DNA from: Macrostomum lignano
Taxonomy: Eukaryota
Length of the DNA stretch: 64,000 nt
NCBI GenBank assembly: GCA_002269645.1
Contig: NIVC01003912.1
Coordinates: 6,043-70,042, forward strand
Reading direction: 5' to 3'
This document shows positions 35,801-47,104 of the stretch, one piece after another (position 1 is the stretch's first letter; every line of letters begins with the position of its first letter). The notes below the pieces were generated by a model. The model was not told where the DNA came from. It saw only the letters and a list, made by a program, of their open reading frames with translations, and ran no database searches. A program made the translations under genes and the position numbers.

Positions 35801-38314
35801 TGTAACATAAAACAAGAAACGAACAAGCACTCACCAAGCCATTTAAAGAACACTGCTCCTCCAAAGCCATGAGACGTTCTAAACAGGTGCTCATGTTTGC
35901 ACAGCCATTAGCAGCAGGACAGTCGAACTCACCCTGTGATTAAATACAAATGCGTCATCAGTTCTAGCCGAACAAAATTGTTTCTAAATTTGCTTTGGAA
36001 AGTATTCCGAAACGATAAAGTCCAACTAGTTACCAAGGTGCAGTTCTTGCCCTCTCGACACGAGGTTCCGGCTGGAAGACAGGCTGGAGCTGACAGACAC
36101 GGGTACATGCCTGAAATACAATCAATCTCGTACTTAACTCGAAGAATCTCGTCTCCAAAGTAGTTGCCGTCAGTCAGAGACGTGTCCTGCACAGGAAGAA
36201 ATCCGTTCCACAATTTGCATGTCAGATTCACATTGCCTGGCTGACCCAACCGCAAATGCATGCGCACATTCTCAACCGATAGCAGGAGATATCCAGGGCC
36301 AAACTGTTTGGTAAGAGCGCCACCATAGTAAGAGTAGGTGTAGAACGAATAGGCGGTATATAATCTCGGTGCTTCGATATAGCAGTAGGCAGCTTTCCTC
36401 GGCGCTTCTCGGCATAGCCGACGAATCCGGTCATTGGGTCCGGGTGTAGGAAACTCGGAGCGACCGAGACTGTCGCACCACGGTGCGGATGCATTCGAAT
36501 TGTTGATAGTAGCATTCAGAATATATTCCAGATACAGATAGTCATACATAGTGGCGGTGCCGTTCTTTCGCAGTACCACTGTCGGGAAGCCAATTGATGG
36601 TACTGGCTTCGGCGGAACCAGGAATCCGTAGGTAGGCTGACACTCGGCAACCAAGTTGTTGTCCTTGTCGACGAAGCGCATCTTCAGCGTAACCCACGAA
36701 ATTGTCGCATTGTAGCCAGCGTAGCTAGACATTCCCAGTGCGTCTGCGCTCACGCAGCTGTTGTTGTCGAGTAATCTGTTGAGCTGAATCTCCTGACCAA
36801 TGCGGCTGTTGTCGAGCCGGTGGGACCCGAGTCTCATCACTGGTGGACCTACCTGCTGCACAACAGTGAAGCGAACATTCAGCGTCGCAGGCACGAAGCA
36901 GGAGTTAGTCGGCGAGACCGATGTGATTATGGTCTTGTTGTTTGGGCACGACCTCTTCGCTGACACCTGGTCGCACTGCTTCTTTTCCAGACACAAGTTG
37001 AATCCACTATAGCAGCGGCCCAGTTCGACAGGCTCGCTTGAGTCTGTAAAATTGTCGCATCTCTCACTCGCATAGTCACAAGTGGACCAAGGCAGGTAAA
37101 GAGTCCGATTGTAGCAGAATCCTTGTTTCGGACAGAAGTTCTGCGGAAAGTTTGTTTTAATGTTTTTGAGGAACGCATGAGTCACTTCTCGGGGATTAGA
37201 ATCAGACATGCGTCCTCATGCTTACCATGTTTCGTTCGGAACAGTTTTTTTCGATGGTTTGAAGTTCTTCGACGCAGATCTCTATAGTTTTGCAGAATTT
37301 CGTTGTCGGGCAGTACATTTGAGTCTAAAATTTTGCGTCCACTTTAATATTTTCACATGTTTAAAAACACTGAGGGATTGATTGTGTAAAGTAATTTATA
37401 GCTTGCGCTTAATTTTTTGTGCAGGCTCGTATTTGTTATACTGAACAGTTATGTTCAGGACTGCGGATGTTTATTTTCTTACATGATTTTACGAATCTAG
37501 CAGATTCTTGGCCTACTTGGTGAACAGAGAGACATACTCGTTCACCCCAAGTTAACTTGTAAGTGTTGACACCCGAGAGCACTTTCCCCTGTATGCAGAC
37601 TTGATGCATTAATTTTGTAAATGGCTTGTGTACATGTAACTTTTTATGATAATTTAAGACGGCATAAAAATGATTAAAATGCACGTGAACACGGCTTTTA
37701 CATGTCCATGTGTGCATGAATCATGCGATTTGTTGGCTCAACTGATAACGAACAGAGTCGACGGGTCCTCCCATTGTTAAACGCTAAACTTTTTTCTTGA
37801 GTTCTTTGCACCCCAGTGTAGGTAATGAGGTAATTCATAGAACGTGCACAAACTGACACATTTTACGGTGTAATTGAGCATTCTTTTTAAGAAATGTTTA
37901 TAATGTAACAATTCTACAGTTGCGTCGCTGGGGGTGGGGGATACAACGATGTTTCCGCGAATCCTGAGTTCCCAAAATGCCGTAGTCACAGGGCAGATGT
38001 CTGACGCCTTTTATAGTTATTTAGAAAGTTAAGAAAGTTTTTTAGCCTACCAGGTATTACTAATGATAAAGGTACTTTTTTAATGCATACGTAAAGCAAA
38101 AATTACAAAAACCCTATTCTATTTGACTATGGCTTCGACATTTTCAGTTATCTCTCCATTTCAAAATCCTAGCTACGCCACTGCAATTCTACATAAGCCA
38201 GTGAGTCAGTCAATCGCTTACTGCATCCGAACAATTTCCAATCGCCAATACGTCTTGAGGTCCGGTTAGCAGCAGCTGCAGCACCAGCCAGAGTCCCAGC
38301 ATGGCGCCTGCCAT
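23805..38314 (-). CDS. Giant PKD1/REJ-like single-pass receptor (~3,200 aa): signal peptide, duplicated Cys-rich domains, GCDG/CGG repeats, IPT-like, REJ, GAIN/GPS, mucin stalk, SEA-like, one TM; 3 ORF lesions as assembled (possible pseudogene)
   Basis: Phase-consistent exons: 38314-38222 (MAGAMLGLWLVLQLLLTG...), 37140-36034, 33630-32455, 32380-32288, 32240-32127, 31993-31341, 31119-29526, 29190-28700, 28609-28046, 27958-27737, 27512-26281, 26189-26060, 25947-23805. REJ-type motifs: IIDPD, GPCF, VTPSQGAALETPFTL, ASAIDSNGA. GPS: ICRSW...WTPDNC...CVCHDISSF. TM: IISIAVGASVGALCLIGTFIVVLLLM. Confidence 0.8.
24575..24870 (-). repeat. Coding 81-bp (27-aa) Ser/Thr mucin repeat STITSTQEPTSTSATLSKAPSLSSTSQ, ~3.5 copies
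   Basis: GAGTAGAAGT recurs at 24611, 24692, ...; the repeat is in frame within the terminal exon. Confidence 0.9.
34325..34498 (-). repeat. Short degenerate copy of satellite C in reverse orientation
   Basis: GGAATTGCTGAGATGTCAAGG is the reverse complement of CCTTGACATCTCAGCAATTCC; about 6 decayed units. Confidence 0.8.
34554..35202 (+). mobile_element. Internally deleted Tc1/mariner element (649 bp)
   Basis: ~30-bp TIRs (CACTCAGCAAAATTGAAAAGTTTCCACCCT / AGGGTGGAAACTTTTCAATGTTGCTGAGTG) with TA on both sides. The transposase N-terminus MLRQMTDLERARAIGMLDAG (from 34789) is fused out of frame to the C-terminus YLKRSIRRENPPQNVAQLRESLSTAWQQL...MPRRVSALLHARGCYTRY* (to 35027). Confidence 0.92.
37917..38183. 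mobile_element. hAT-type MITE (267 bp) in intron 1 of the REJ-like gene
   Basis: Imperfect TIR CAGTTGCGTCGCTGG / CCTAGCTACGCCACTG; 8-bp TSD CAATTCTA at 37909-37916 and 38184-38191. Confidence 0.8.
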
Positions 38315-38659
38315 TTTTGTGAAACTAAAATTTTGTGTTCATTTTCATATGTAATAATTGCATTATTCTCGCTAGAAAACTATCGGCAAGTTTATAGCGC
38401 AGAGTTACTCGAGCCTGTGAAATGTTTACCGAATAAATTTGCTTTCTTTAGAAAAGAAATTTTTCTGTAAACAGTTAGAAATTAAAAAATTGGAAAGTAA
38501 TTAGCAACCTTAATAAATAAGAGGCACCAGCTAATGTACAAATCGTAGCTAGGGATACGCATAGATTTGAATTGGAGGGGCCGCAACCCTTAGGGGTGCC
38601 ACAATTTGTTGTTTTTGTGGGCGCTCCCTGTCTCTTGATGAGCACCCTTGACTCTTAGT

Positions 38660-39565
38660 GGGTGCCCCTGTCTCCTAGGTTGGGTGCCCCCACTGCCCCT
38701 GTCTCCTAGGTTGGGTGCCCCCACTGCCCCTGTCTCCTAGGTTGGGTGCCCCCACTGCCCCTGTCTCCTAGGTTGGGTGCCCCCACTGCCCCTGTCTCCT
38801 AGGTTGGGTGCCCCCACTGCCCCCGTCTCCTAGGTTGGGTGCCCCCACTGCCCCCGTCTCCTAGGTTGGGTGCCCCCACTGCCCCCGTCTCCTAGGTTGG
38901 GTGCCCCTGTCTCCTATAGGTGGGTGCCCCCACTGCCCCTGTCTCCTAGGTTGGGTGCCCCCACTGCCCCCGTCTCCTAGGTTGGGTGCCCCCACTGCCC
39001 CCGTCTCCTAGGTTGGGTGCCCCCACTGCCCCTGTCTCCTAGGTTGGGTGCCCCCACTGCCCCCGTCTCCTAGGTTGGGTGCCCCCACTGCCCCCGTCTC
39101 CTAGGTTGGGTGCCCCCACTGCCCCCGTCTCCTAGGTTGGGTGCCCCCACTGCCCCCGTCTCCTAGGTTGGGTGCCCCTGTCTCCTATAGGTGGGTGCCC
39201 CGTCTCCTAGTTTGGGTGCCCTTGTCTCCTATAGGTGGGAGCCCCTGTCTCCTATAGGTGGGTGTCCCGTCTCCTAGGTTGGGTGCCCCTGTCTCTTAGT
39301 TTGGGTGCCCTTGTCTCTTATAGGTGGGTGCCCCTATCTCCTAGGTGGGTGCCCTTGTCTCAGCTATAGGTGGGTGCCCCTGTCTCAGCGATAGGTGGGT
39401 GCCCCTGTCTCAGCTATAGGTGGGTGCCCCTGTCTCCTAGGTGGGTGCCCCTGTCTCCTAGGTGGGTGCCCCTGTCTCAGCTATAGGTGGGTGCCCCTGT
39501 CTCCTATAGGTGGGTGCCCCTGTCTCAGCTATAGGTGGGTGCCCCTGTCTCTCAGCCACTGCTGT
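38660..39565. repeat. 31-bp minisatellite CCCC(T/C)GTCTCCTAGGTTGGGTGCCCCCACTG grading into 21-23-bp subunits
   Basis: About 16 31-bp units up to ~39170, then shorter GGTGGGTGCCCCTGTCTC(C/AG)TA(TA) units. It ends in GCCACTG like the local MITE termini and starts ~350 bp upstream of the REJ-like ATG. Confidence 0.93.
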
Positions 39566-40878
39566 GGGAGCCCAGAAAATAACATTCAAAACTATACATA
39601 ACTTTCGTAGATAACGAGGGGCAAGATAGATACCTTTTATTTTTTAAACTTCAAGATTATTCAAGCTGAAAACCTTGAGCAATACAGTAACAATCACTAT
39701 GCATGCAGATAGTGAGCATGATCGCTAATTCACTCACCGAACTTATTAGAAGACGAGACTATGGCTATAGTTAAACTGAGCAAAGCTGGGATAAAAGTCT
39801 GTGGTTTTGTGTGCCACCAATTTTCATTTCGCGGCTTTTATGCGATGAGTTTTATATTCAACTATTCAAACCCTTCTTGAGGCTTTTGAGGCTCCAATGA
39901 CCAATGAGAAACGTACAATGCAATTCTAAATTATAGGGTTCGCAGGTGCAAAACCAGACTGAGAAAGTGGACTGGTCGAGTGGAGCTTAAAAGTCCTGCA
40001 AAGCGTCACTAGGACTGGCAGCCTGAGACAATTAGGGTTTGTAGTACATGGAAATTCAGCAGGCTGAGTGCATCGGACAATGTGGAGTGGAGAGACTGAA
40101 AAATGAGGCGGGCTGGCCCTCGGTGCAGTACAGGGCTACTCTGCTCTTACAGTCTAAAATGTGTGGCTGTCACCGCGGTAAACAAAACATAAGCAGTGAG
40201 CACACACTCGTTACAATAAATCTTACTTGTATTTTCTCACGGTCCTAAAGCTCACTAATTTGCTGTACAAAATTACTTAACCTTCTCTGTCTCTTACTGT
40301 TTTTGGTTTGATGCCTAACTGTTGCATTGCTGACTGGGTTGGTTATTACATAGGCCTAGCTGAAGCATAGGACAAAATGGGTAATGCGACCCTGGGTTCT
40401 AGTGCCGATATGCACAGTCGTCACGACCGTTCACCTTTGTTGATCTCTGGTGGCTTCAGTTGCACGACAGAGTTGCCATATGGATATGGCTGGGCATAAT
40501 TAAGTATAGAAGTGGCTAATCGGTTTTCACGAGGTAGGCCAGTTCGAATTGGTTCTGACCTTATCCTTTTGTCATATCACTGCTTATTGAGGAGAAATTA
40601 AATTGAATAAGCAACAAGTAAGGAACTTTGGAAATTACTTGGCTAAAGCCTACACAGTAACAAAGACAAAACACGAGGCAACGCGCTGGCTAGACAAGCA
40701 AAGGGGTACCAACCTGTCCTAAATTGTTCGGGTCGGTAAATGATAGCTGCTTTGTTATCACGATGGTACTTTCTGATCTCCCCACCCCTGAGACTTCAAG
40801 GTTTGTTTTAGGATCTCCGGCTTCTGGTATCCGGCCCTACTGTGATCACATTCCTATATCAAAAAGACCAACAGTGCA

Positions 40879-41340
40879 GGGTGTATTTCATGAGAAAACT
40901 ACAAATGAAAAGTGACAATTTAACAAGTGATAAGTGTGACAAGTGACAAATTGTAGTTTCTTCTGTTTCATTCAGCTTTTACAAAATGCTTGACAATTTT
41001 CAAAAGTAGCTCGCTCAAAATTCCAAGTCTATTGGCCGAATGGCGTATTTTCGCTAATTAAGTTTGTTAGCCCGGCTCTCAGTCTGCTACAAAGACCGTG
41101 CTAATTAAGTTTGTTAGCCCGGCTCTCAGTCTGCTACAAAGACCGTCGATCCTCGTCTTGAGCATACTTGACAAGTACACGGACCGCTTGTCAAATTTTA
41201 TTTTAATACTGCGTACACCATAGATCCGCAAGAGCGTAGTGTATGTTTATAAGCAGATCGGCCAGGATAGCGCTAGACAATTATTGTCACTTGTCACCTG
41301 TAACTTGTCAATTTGTCACAACTTCTCATGAAACGCATTC
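40879..41340. mobile_element. Degenerate MITE (possibly PIF/Harbinger-like) with an internal 47-bp tandem duplication
   Basis: Imperfect TIR GGGTGTATTTCATGAGAA / TTCTCATGAAACGCATTC; inverted AAGTGACAA / TTGTCACTT subrepeats; exact 47-bp duplication at 41053-41099 and 41100-41146. Confidence 0.55.
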
Positions 41341-43329
41341 ATAATTCTCACTTTGTCACTATACTAGTAATTTGACTGACCATTGGCTTCACGAAAATTA
41401 TCTCTTTTTTCACAAAGCTATCAAAGTCTACTAGTCTCTATCCAGAGCATTCTATTAGACAAAAATTACACAGTATGTTTCACTCGTCTACAGAAAACGG
41501 AATAGTATTTTTAAATTACATCGAAATTCGGCCGACGTATGAATTGTTGACGTTATCCGTCAATGTAAAATGTCAAAAGCACATTATCATCGACGTCGAT
41601 AGGCGTCGCGGGTACGTACGGTCGGCCAGACTATAGTAATCACGTTAAACTGATCGTGTACGTACATATATATAGTACGGGGCTGTGTAAAAAAATTGCC
41701 GTAATAAAACAGTCATAGTGGGGCCAAGTGGCATTTCGCATAACGATACAAGGCATGTAGTGAATTCTATTAGTGTCGAACTCTTTGAAAATTAAGCACT
41801 TTGTACATGTACATAGCATACATGCTGTAACGACCTCAAAGGGCTATAATGTCTCAACAAATTAATAACTTCATTGACTCTGTATATTATACATGTATGA
41901 CCATCAGAGCACCGGAGATTTTAAGCCTAACTTTATGTTGAATTCTGCGTTTTCTGCATAGGTTCTCGTTCTCGTAAGAGGCCCGGCCGGAGATCTGTAG
42001 CTCTAACAGCGGCGTTGCTATCAGCCAAGTGACGTCACCTACCAAGCCGCGATTTAATCCGCTAAGAAAAGGGGTGGGGTTACGTTCAAAAGAGAGGGGT
42101 CGTCCGTATCAGTACTTGCAGCATGTGCTTGACACGTTAAAACTGGGAGGGTTATAACTTCGTCATATCACTAATTTTACTATCAAGTATAACAAATAGT
42201 GAAGCAGATCTTCTAAATTTAGGTGTATAAACGAATAATAAGCCTAATATCAGAAAAAATTAACACACAAAACATATATCGTAAGCATAAAAATAAAGTG
42301 TACACCTGTCCAAGGGCTGAAACTGTTTTTTGAGTACTTGTTTCGACTAAAGTGCAAATTATGCCGTCAAGGTGCGGCGGCATCAACGTGTGGCTGTGGC
42401 CTTTTATTCTGTTCGCTTGTTACTGTTCTGTACAGACAGTACAGTCTGTCTATATGTGGCCTAGGGCCTATCAGTTCTACTGCAATGCCTTAATGAAAGC
42501 TTGAACAATTTCTAACTGATAGTGTTAGCATAGGCCTACCATAAGTTATAACAGCATAGTTTGTTTTTTTAAGACAAAGTAAGCCTACTATGTGTATGCA
42601 AATAAAAAATGCTTTTACTTTTCACATTTACTTAGTAATAGTAATATCTCATTAAGTTTAGGTAAGAGTGCTTAATCAGGCTTAAGTCTCCTAAAATCTT
42701 TATTTATACTTAAAATAGTTTGTAGACTTTTCTAGAGTCAAAATAATTTAACAAATGCCAATGGAACTTGACAATGTCAATTGCCATTGACATTAAATTA
42801 ATATTTAATTTTTCTTTTAGGCTTTAGGCCTATTGAGTATTTTATTGTCTACAAATTTTATGCTACCTATCTATAACCTATCCTTAGAATCGTTTTTAGC
42901 TTTGCCTTTATTTAAGTTTAATAATAGACCTAGGGCCAAGGCCTATTAAGAAATATTCTCACACTTGAATTTTTAGCAAAATGAAGCTTTTGTTGATTTC
43001 AGTTTCTCAAAACATGTTAGCTATATCTTCTATGTTAATTAATGTTATATTCTTAATTTCATACTAGGCCTATGGTCTTACTATGGTGCAAATTTCGCAC
43101 CAAGCACTAAAATTTATGAAAGAAGCGCAAATCCGCAAATATTGAGGCCAGGCGCAAATTACAGCCTTGTGAATTTTTGCACCATTGTTTTTTTTTCAAA
43201 TTTGTATTTAAAGCAGTAACTTTTTCATCTTACACTCATACCTTGTACATCTTGTTTTAGTTTCATGTATCCAAAATAAATCTAATTTAAGAAAGTCTCA
43301 GCCAAGGCAGAACTATTGTTTGAATAAAA

Positions 43330-44000
43330 GATGTTTGCAGTCTTGAGGTTGAGATGCGACTACATTGGCATGCCATTGACCAGGCTCAGATTGTGGCCAA
43401 TAAACCAATAGTCATTGAATTTGAAGCGCTGTTAAGAAAGCAAGCAACAGGAAACTACTTGTTTGCCTGGTTAGAGCATAGCATTATTGGTGCTTCTGCT
43501 TCCGCATGGCAATGCCAAAGTGGAGCAGATCTTTAGCAACCTTAACAACGTCATGACAAATAAACCTAGAAGTTTGGCTCTTATGACAATCAATTCTTTG
43601 ATTGTTGCAGCCCCATGTCTTCAAGTCAAGGGCTAGACAGCGGCAACACTACCAGTCTTCTTTAGATTGCTCAATTTATACATTAGTGCCAATGCCACTT
43701 ATAGGCAGTGCTTGAAAGACAAACGAAAGGTGGAAGAAGTGGCGCAGCAAAAGCAACTGGAAGAGTCACCCTGGCTTGAAGTTTCATCTGAAAAAAAATC
43801 AAGCAAGACATTCAAAGACTTGGAAGAGGCTATTGAGAACTTAAAAAAGAAAATTGAGCGCATATTAGAAAGGAAAGAATTGGCATAGAAGCTGCTAGAA
43901 AAGGTACATAAAGCTTCAAAGTCTAAAGGGAAAGAGCTAGATGAGTTGAGGCGGCAGCATGAGAAGCTACTAAAAAAAGAGAGCAACAAGTGGAATGTTA
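43330..44000 (+). pseudogene. Decayed hAT-family transposase C-terminus (dimerisation motif plus coiled-coil tail)
   Basis: Frame from ~43475 reads SIALLVLLLPHGNAKVEQIFSNLNNVMTNKPRSLALMTINSL, matching the hAT P-H-S-N-A-x-x-E-R-x-F-S dimerisation motif. It is interrupted by stops and followed by a K/E-rich tail. Confidence 0.7.
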
Positions 44001-46618
44001 AGGATGCTCGCGATCTTGTATTTGCTTGCTATTCTATTTGCAAAATAAACATATTTTTTAATCATTGAAGCAGGTTTTAACTCAATCAATTCCTCAAACA
44101 AATCATTTGAGGAATTGAGGCATTTTTGGAAATTTTTTGTTGACACTTAGCTTTGGTTTCATTTTTTGTAAGTTTGTAATATCTTTATCTACAAGCATTT
44201 GCATAAAATTAGTTTATTTCACAATAATGTAGGCCTTACTAGTATGTAGGATTAAGTATAGAATTTTTTAATGCACACTGATTTACAACTCAAAAATATG
44301 CCAACACTGTCAGGCGCGGAAATTCAGTACCAGGCACAAAAAAAATCGGTGCAGCTGAGTGGGACCACTGATTTCATACTCAATATTTTGGTCTATAAAA
44401 AAATTAAATCTTATTAATTTGTTACAAAGGGCTTTGTTTTATCTTATATAATACTAACAATGTTACCAAGTTGTTACAGTGTTAATATAATCTTTTCTAA
44501 GCTTATGAAAAATCCTACAGATACTACCAAGTTGGCATAGGTATATTTGTACTATTGTTTAATCAACAATTTACAATTAACAATTTAACTATCAATTGTA
44601 GTAGGTTTTCTAATTTTGTCCAAGCAATTTTTTTTACAATTGTTATCAAGTTTCCATTATAAAATTATTTACTTGACTTTACTTTATCTAGGTACTAGTC
44701 ATTTGGATGACAAATTGATTAGAACCTAGAAGCAAGTTGCTTTTGTTATAGACACAATTTGTTATTGATAAAAGTTAAAGAAATTAGAAATATAATTTTT
44801 TAGTTAGTGACAGGTGCGTAATAATATTAATTAGCTTGTAATTATTTGTTTCATTCATATTTAAAAAATTCTATCAAAATATTAATATGTATAAAAAAGT
44901 CATACTAATTATATGGTATTCTTTCTATGCAGATCATTTTGAATTTTCCTAGAATATTCAGACATCTAAACCATAAACCTATAGAGAATCCTTTTGAAAT
45001 GTTAACTACAAGAAAAGCAGAGATATTTACTAGACACTAAAAACAAAATAACTATTACCTAAGGATATTTTTCTTCTTATCAAAACATTTGTCACCAAAA
45101 TGTCTTGTCACCAAAACAATTATAATCCTTTTATCTCTAGTACAAATCTTTTACTAACTATATATAGACCATTGTCAATACAATTTACCTTGGTAGCTTT
45201 GGTACCTGAGTGTCAAGACACTGCTAACTAATAATCACTAATCTATATATTCCAGTATGGCATTAACAATGACCAAAAGGTTTCTAGCTTTTTAGCACTA
45301 TCTCAATTTAACTTTGCATTGCATTATTTTGATTGTAATAGCTTGTGTCTATTTCTAGTGTTGGACAAGTTACTTTGAAAAAGTAATTTTCAGTTAAGTA
45401 ATTTCTACTTCCAAGGAAAATAACTTCTGGCACTTGTTCTGGTACTGGTACTCTTTAAAAAAGTAACTTTTAGTACTTCTATTACTGGTCCTTTCTAATT
45501 TTAAAGAACTGCTAATTAAAAAGTACTTAAACATGTATTTGTGAAATTTATTGCAATCTGGCACCCTGCTATTGACTGGCTTCCTAGAGCATAGACATAT
45601 CCTCTGACTAAAAAGAACTCATATTTAAGAGATTTTTGCAAATATTTTCTTTAGAGCAAAGTGTAAAATTTGAAATTACACTAGCCTTGACTTTGTTTTG
45701 GTACTCAAGCAAGTTGCAAAACTATCAAACTTTCAATAAAAACAAAGTTGGCTAAGACAAAGTTTTGGTACTTTGTTTTGGTATTCAAGTTGCAAAACTA
45801 TTAAAATTTCAATAAAAACCTTGTCAAAATTAATGGCACTTTTGATTATATCTCTTTTTAAGATGGTCCAAATAATATGTTGTACCATTTTATAGTAGCA
45901 ACTCTCTTCTTCATATTAAATTTAATATATTTTAAAATAGGCAATGGAAACAAAAGTTATAAACAAAAATATAGCAGAAAGTAGCAAAAAGTACTTTTGA
46001 TTGAATGCACTCAAACTTCTTTGTAGGCTACTTTGACAAAAATATGTTTATAGAAAAACTAAAAAAAATTTAAGCCTTTTAAAATAGCAAAATATTTCAG
46101 ACTTCGGTTTTAGCTTCATTGCTTTTTATTCCCTCCTTTTTTGAGTGCCAAAAACCATATATATACATTTAAGTGTTGCTTAGAAAAGTGTGATGACCAG
46201 CATCAATGCTGATTCATAATCCATGGCTTTAGTGAATGGTCAACTGTGGAATATTGAGCCTCTTAAACACCTTAGATTGCTATTCAATAGTCTTTATCTA
46301 GATTATTGAGGGTAGTTTTGGCAAAGAGTCACAAACATGTGGCAACCTGTCCTAGGCTGTTCTATCCTTCCATCTTGAAACTGATCCATCTAGCAATAGA
46401 TAGTCATTTTTTCTATAAACATACTTATTGATAGCTAAAATTTTCCTAAAGTTATTTTTTAAAAACTGTTTAATTGACATTTAAATTATTACAAATGATC
46501 AATATAAAACTGTTAGCAAATAGACAAAAGTGCATTTGCATTTTGCTTAGAAATAGTTTTGAAGTCACTATAGTTTTAAATAAAATTGTGTTCAAGTTTG
46601 GCATTTTTAATTGGGTAG

Positions 46619-46922
46619 CAGGGGCGGATTTTGGGGGGAGTGGCCGCCCCCCCCCCCTCCAAAATAGCTTAACCAAACATATTGCGCCCCCCAAAAAACC
46701 TAAATTTGCGCCCCTAAACGTGATTTTTCGCCCCAAACGCCTTTTTAGCGCCCCTAAGCTTGATTTTTCGCCCCCAAACGCCTTTTTAGCGCCCCTAAGC
46801 TTGATTTTTCGCCCCTACACGCATTTTTGCGCCCCTAGCTTAAAAATTGGCGCCCCTTACACTCATGTTGGCGCCCCAAACTTGGACCGCCCCCCCCAAA
46901 TGAAACTCTGGATCCGCCACTG
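46619..46922. mobile_element. hAT-type MITE (304 bp) 183 bp upstream of the UBE4B ATG
   Basis: TIR CAGGGGCGGAT / ATCCGCCACTG; 8-bp TSD TTGGGTAG at 46611-46618 and 46923-46930; internal CGCCCC subrepeats. Confidence 0.88.
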
Positions 46923-47104
46923 TTGGGTAGTATTTATTACCATAATCTTTTAACAGTCTAAAATCTAGGTGAAACTTTCATCATATTACTAGATATAAGT
47001 AGTAATGTGGAAGTTACTTGTGCACTATATAATGTGTCCACTATATGTTAATTGGTATAACTAACTATATTAAAATTGCATGTGCTACAGTACTTGGCTA
47101 AGAC

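Noticed and set aside
39950-40250. GC-richer patch as a missed exon or gene
   Set aside because: No frame gives a recognisable protein or consistent splice sites.
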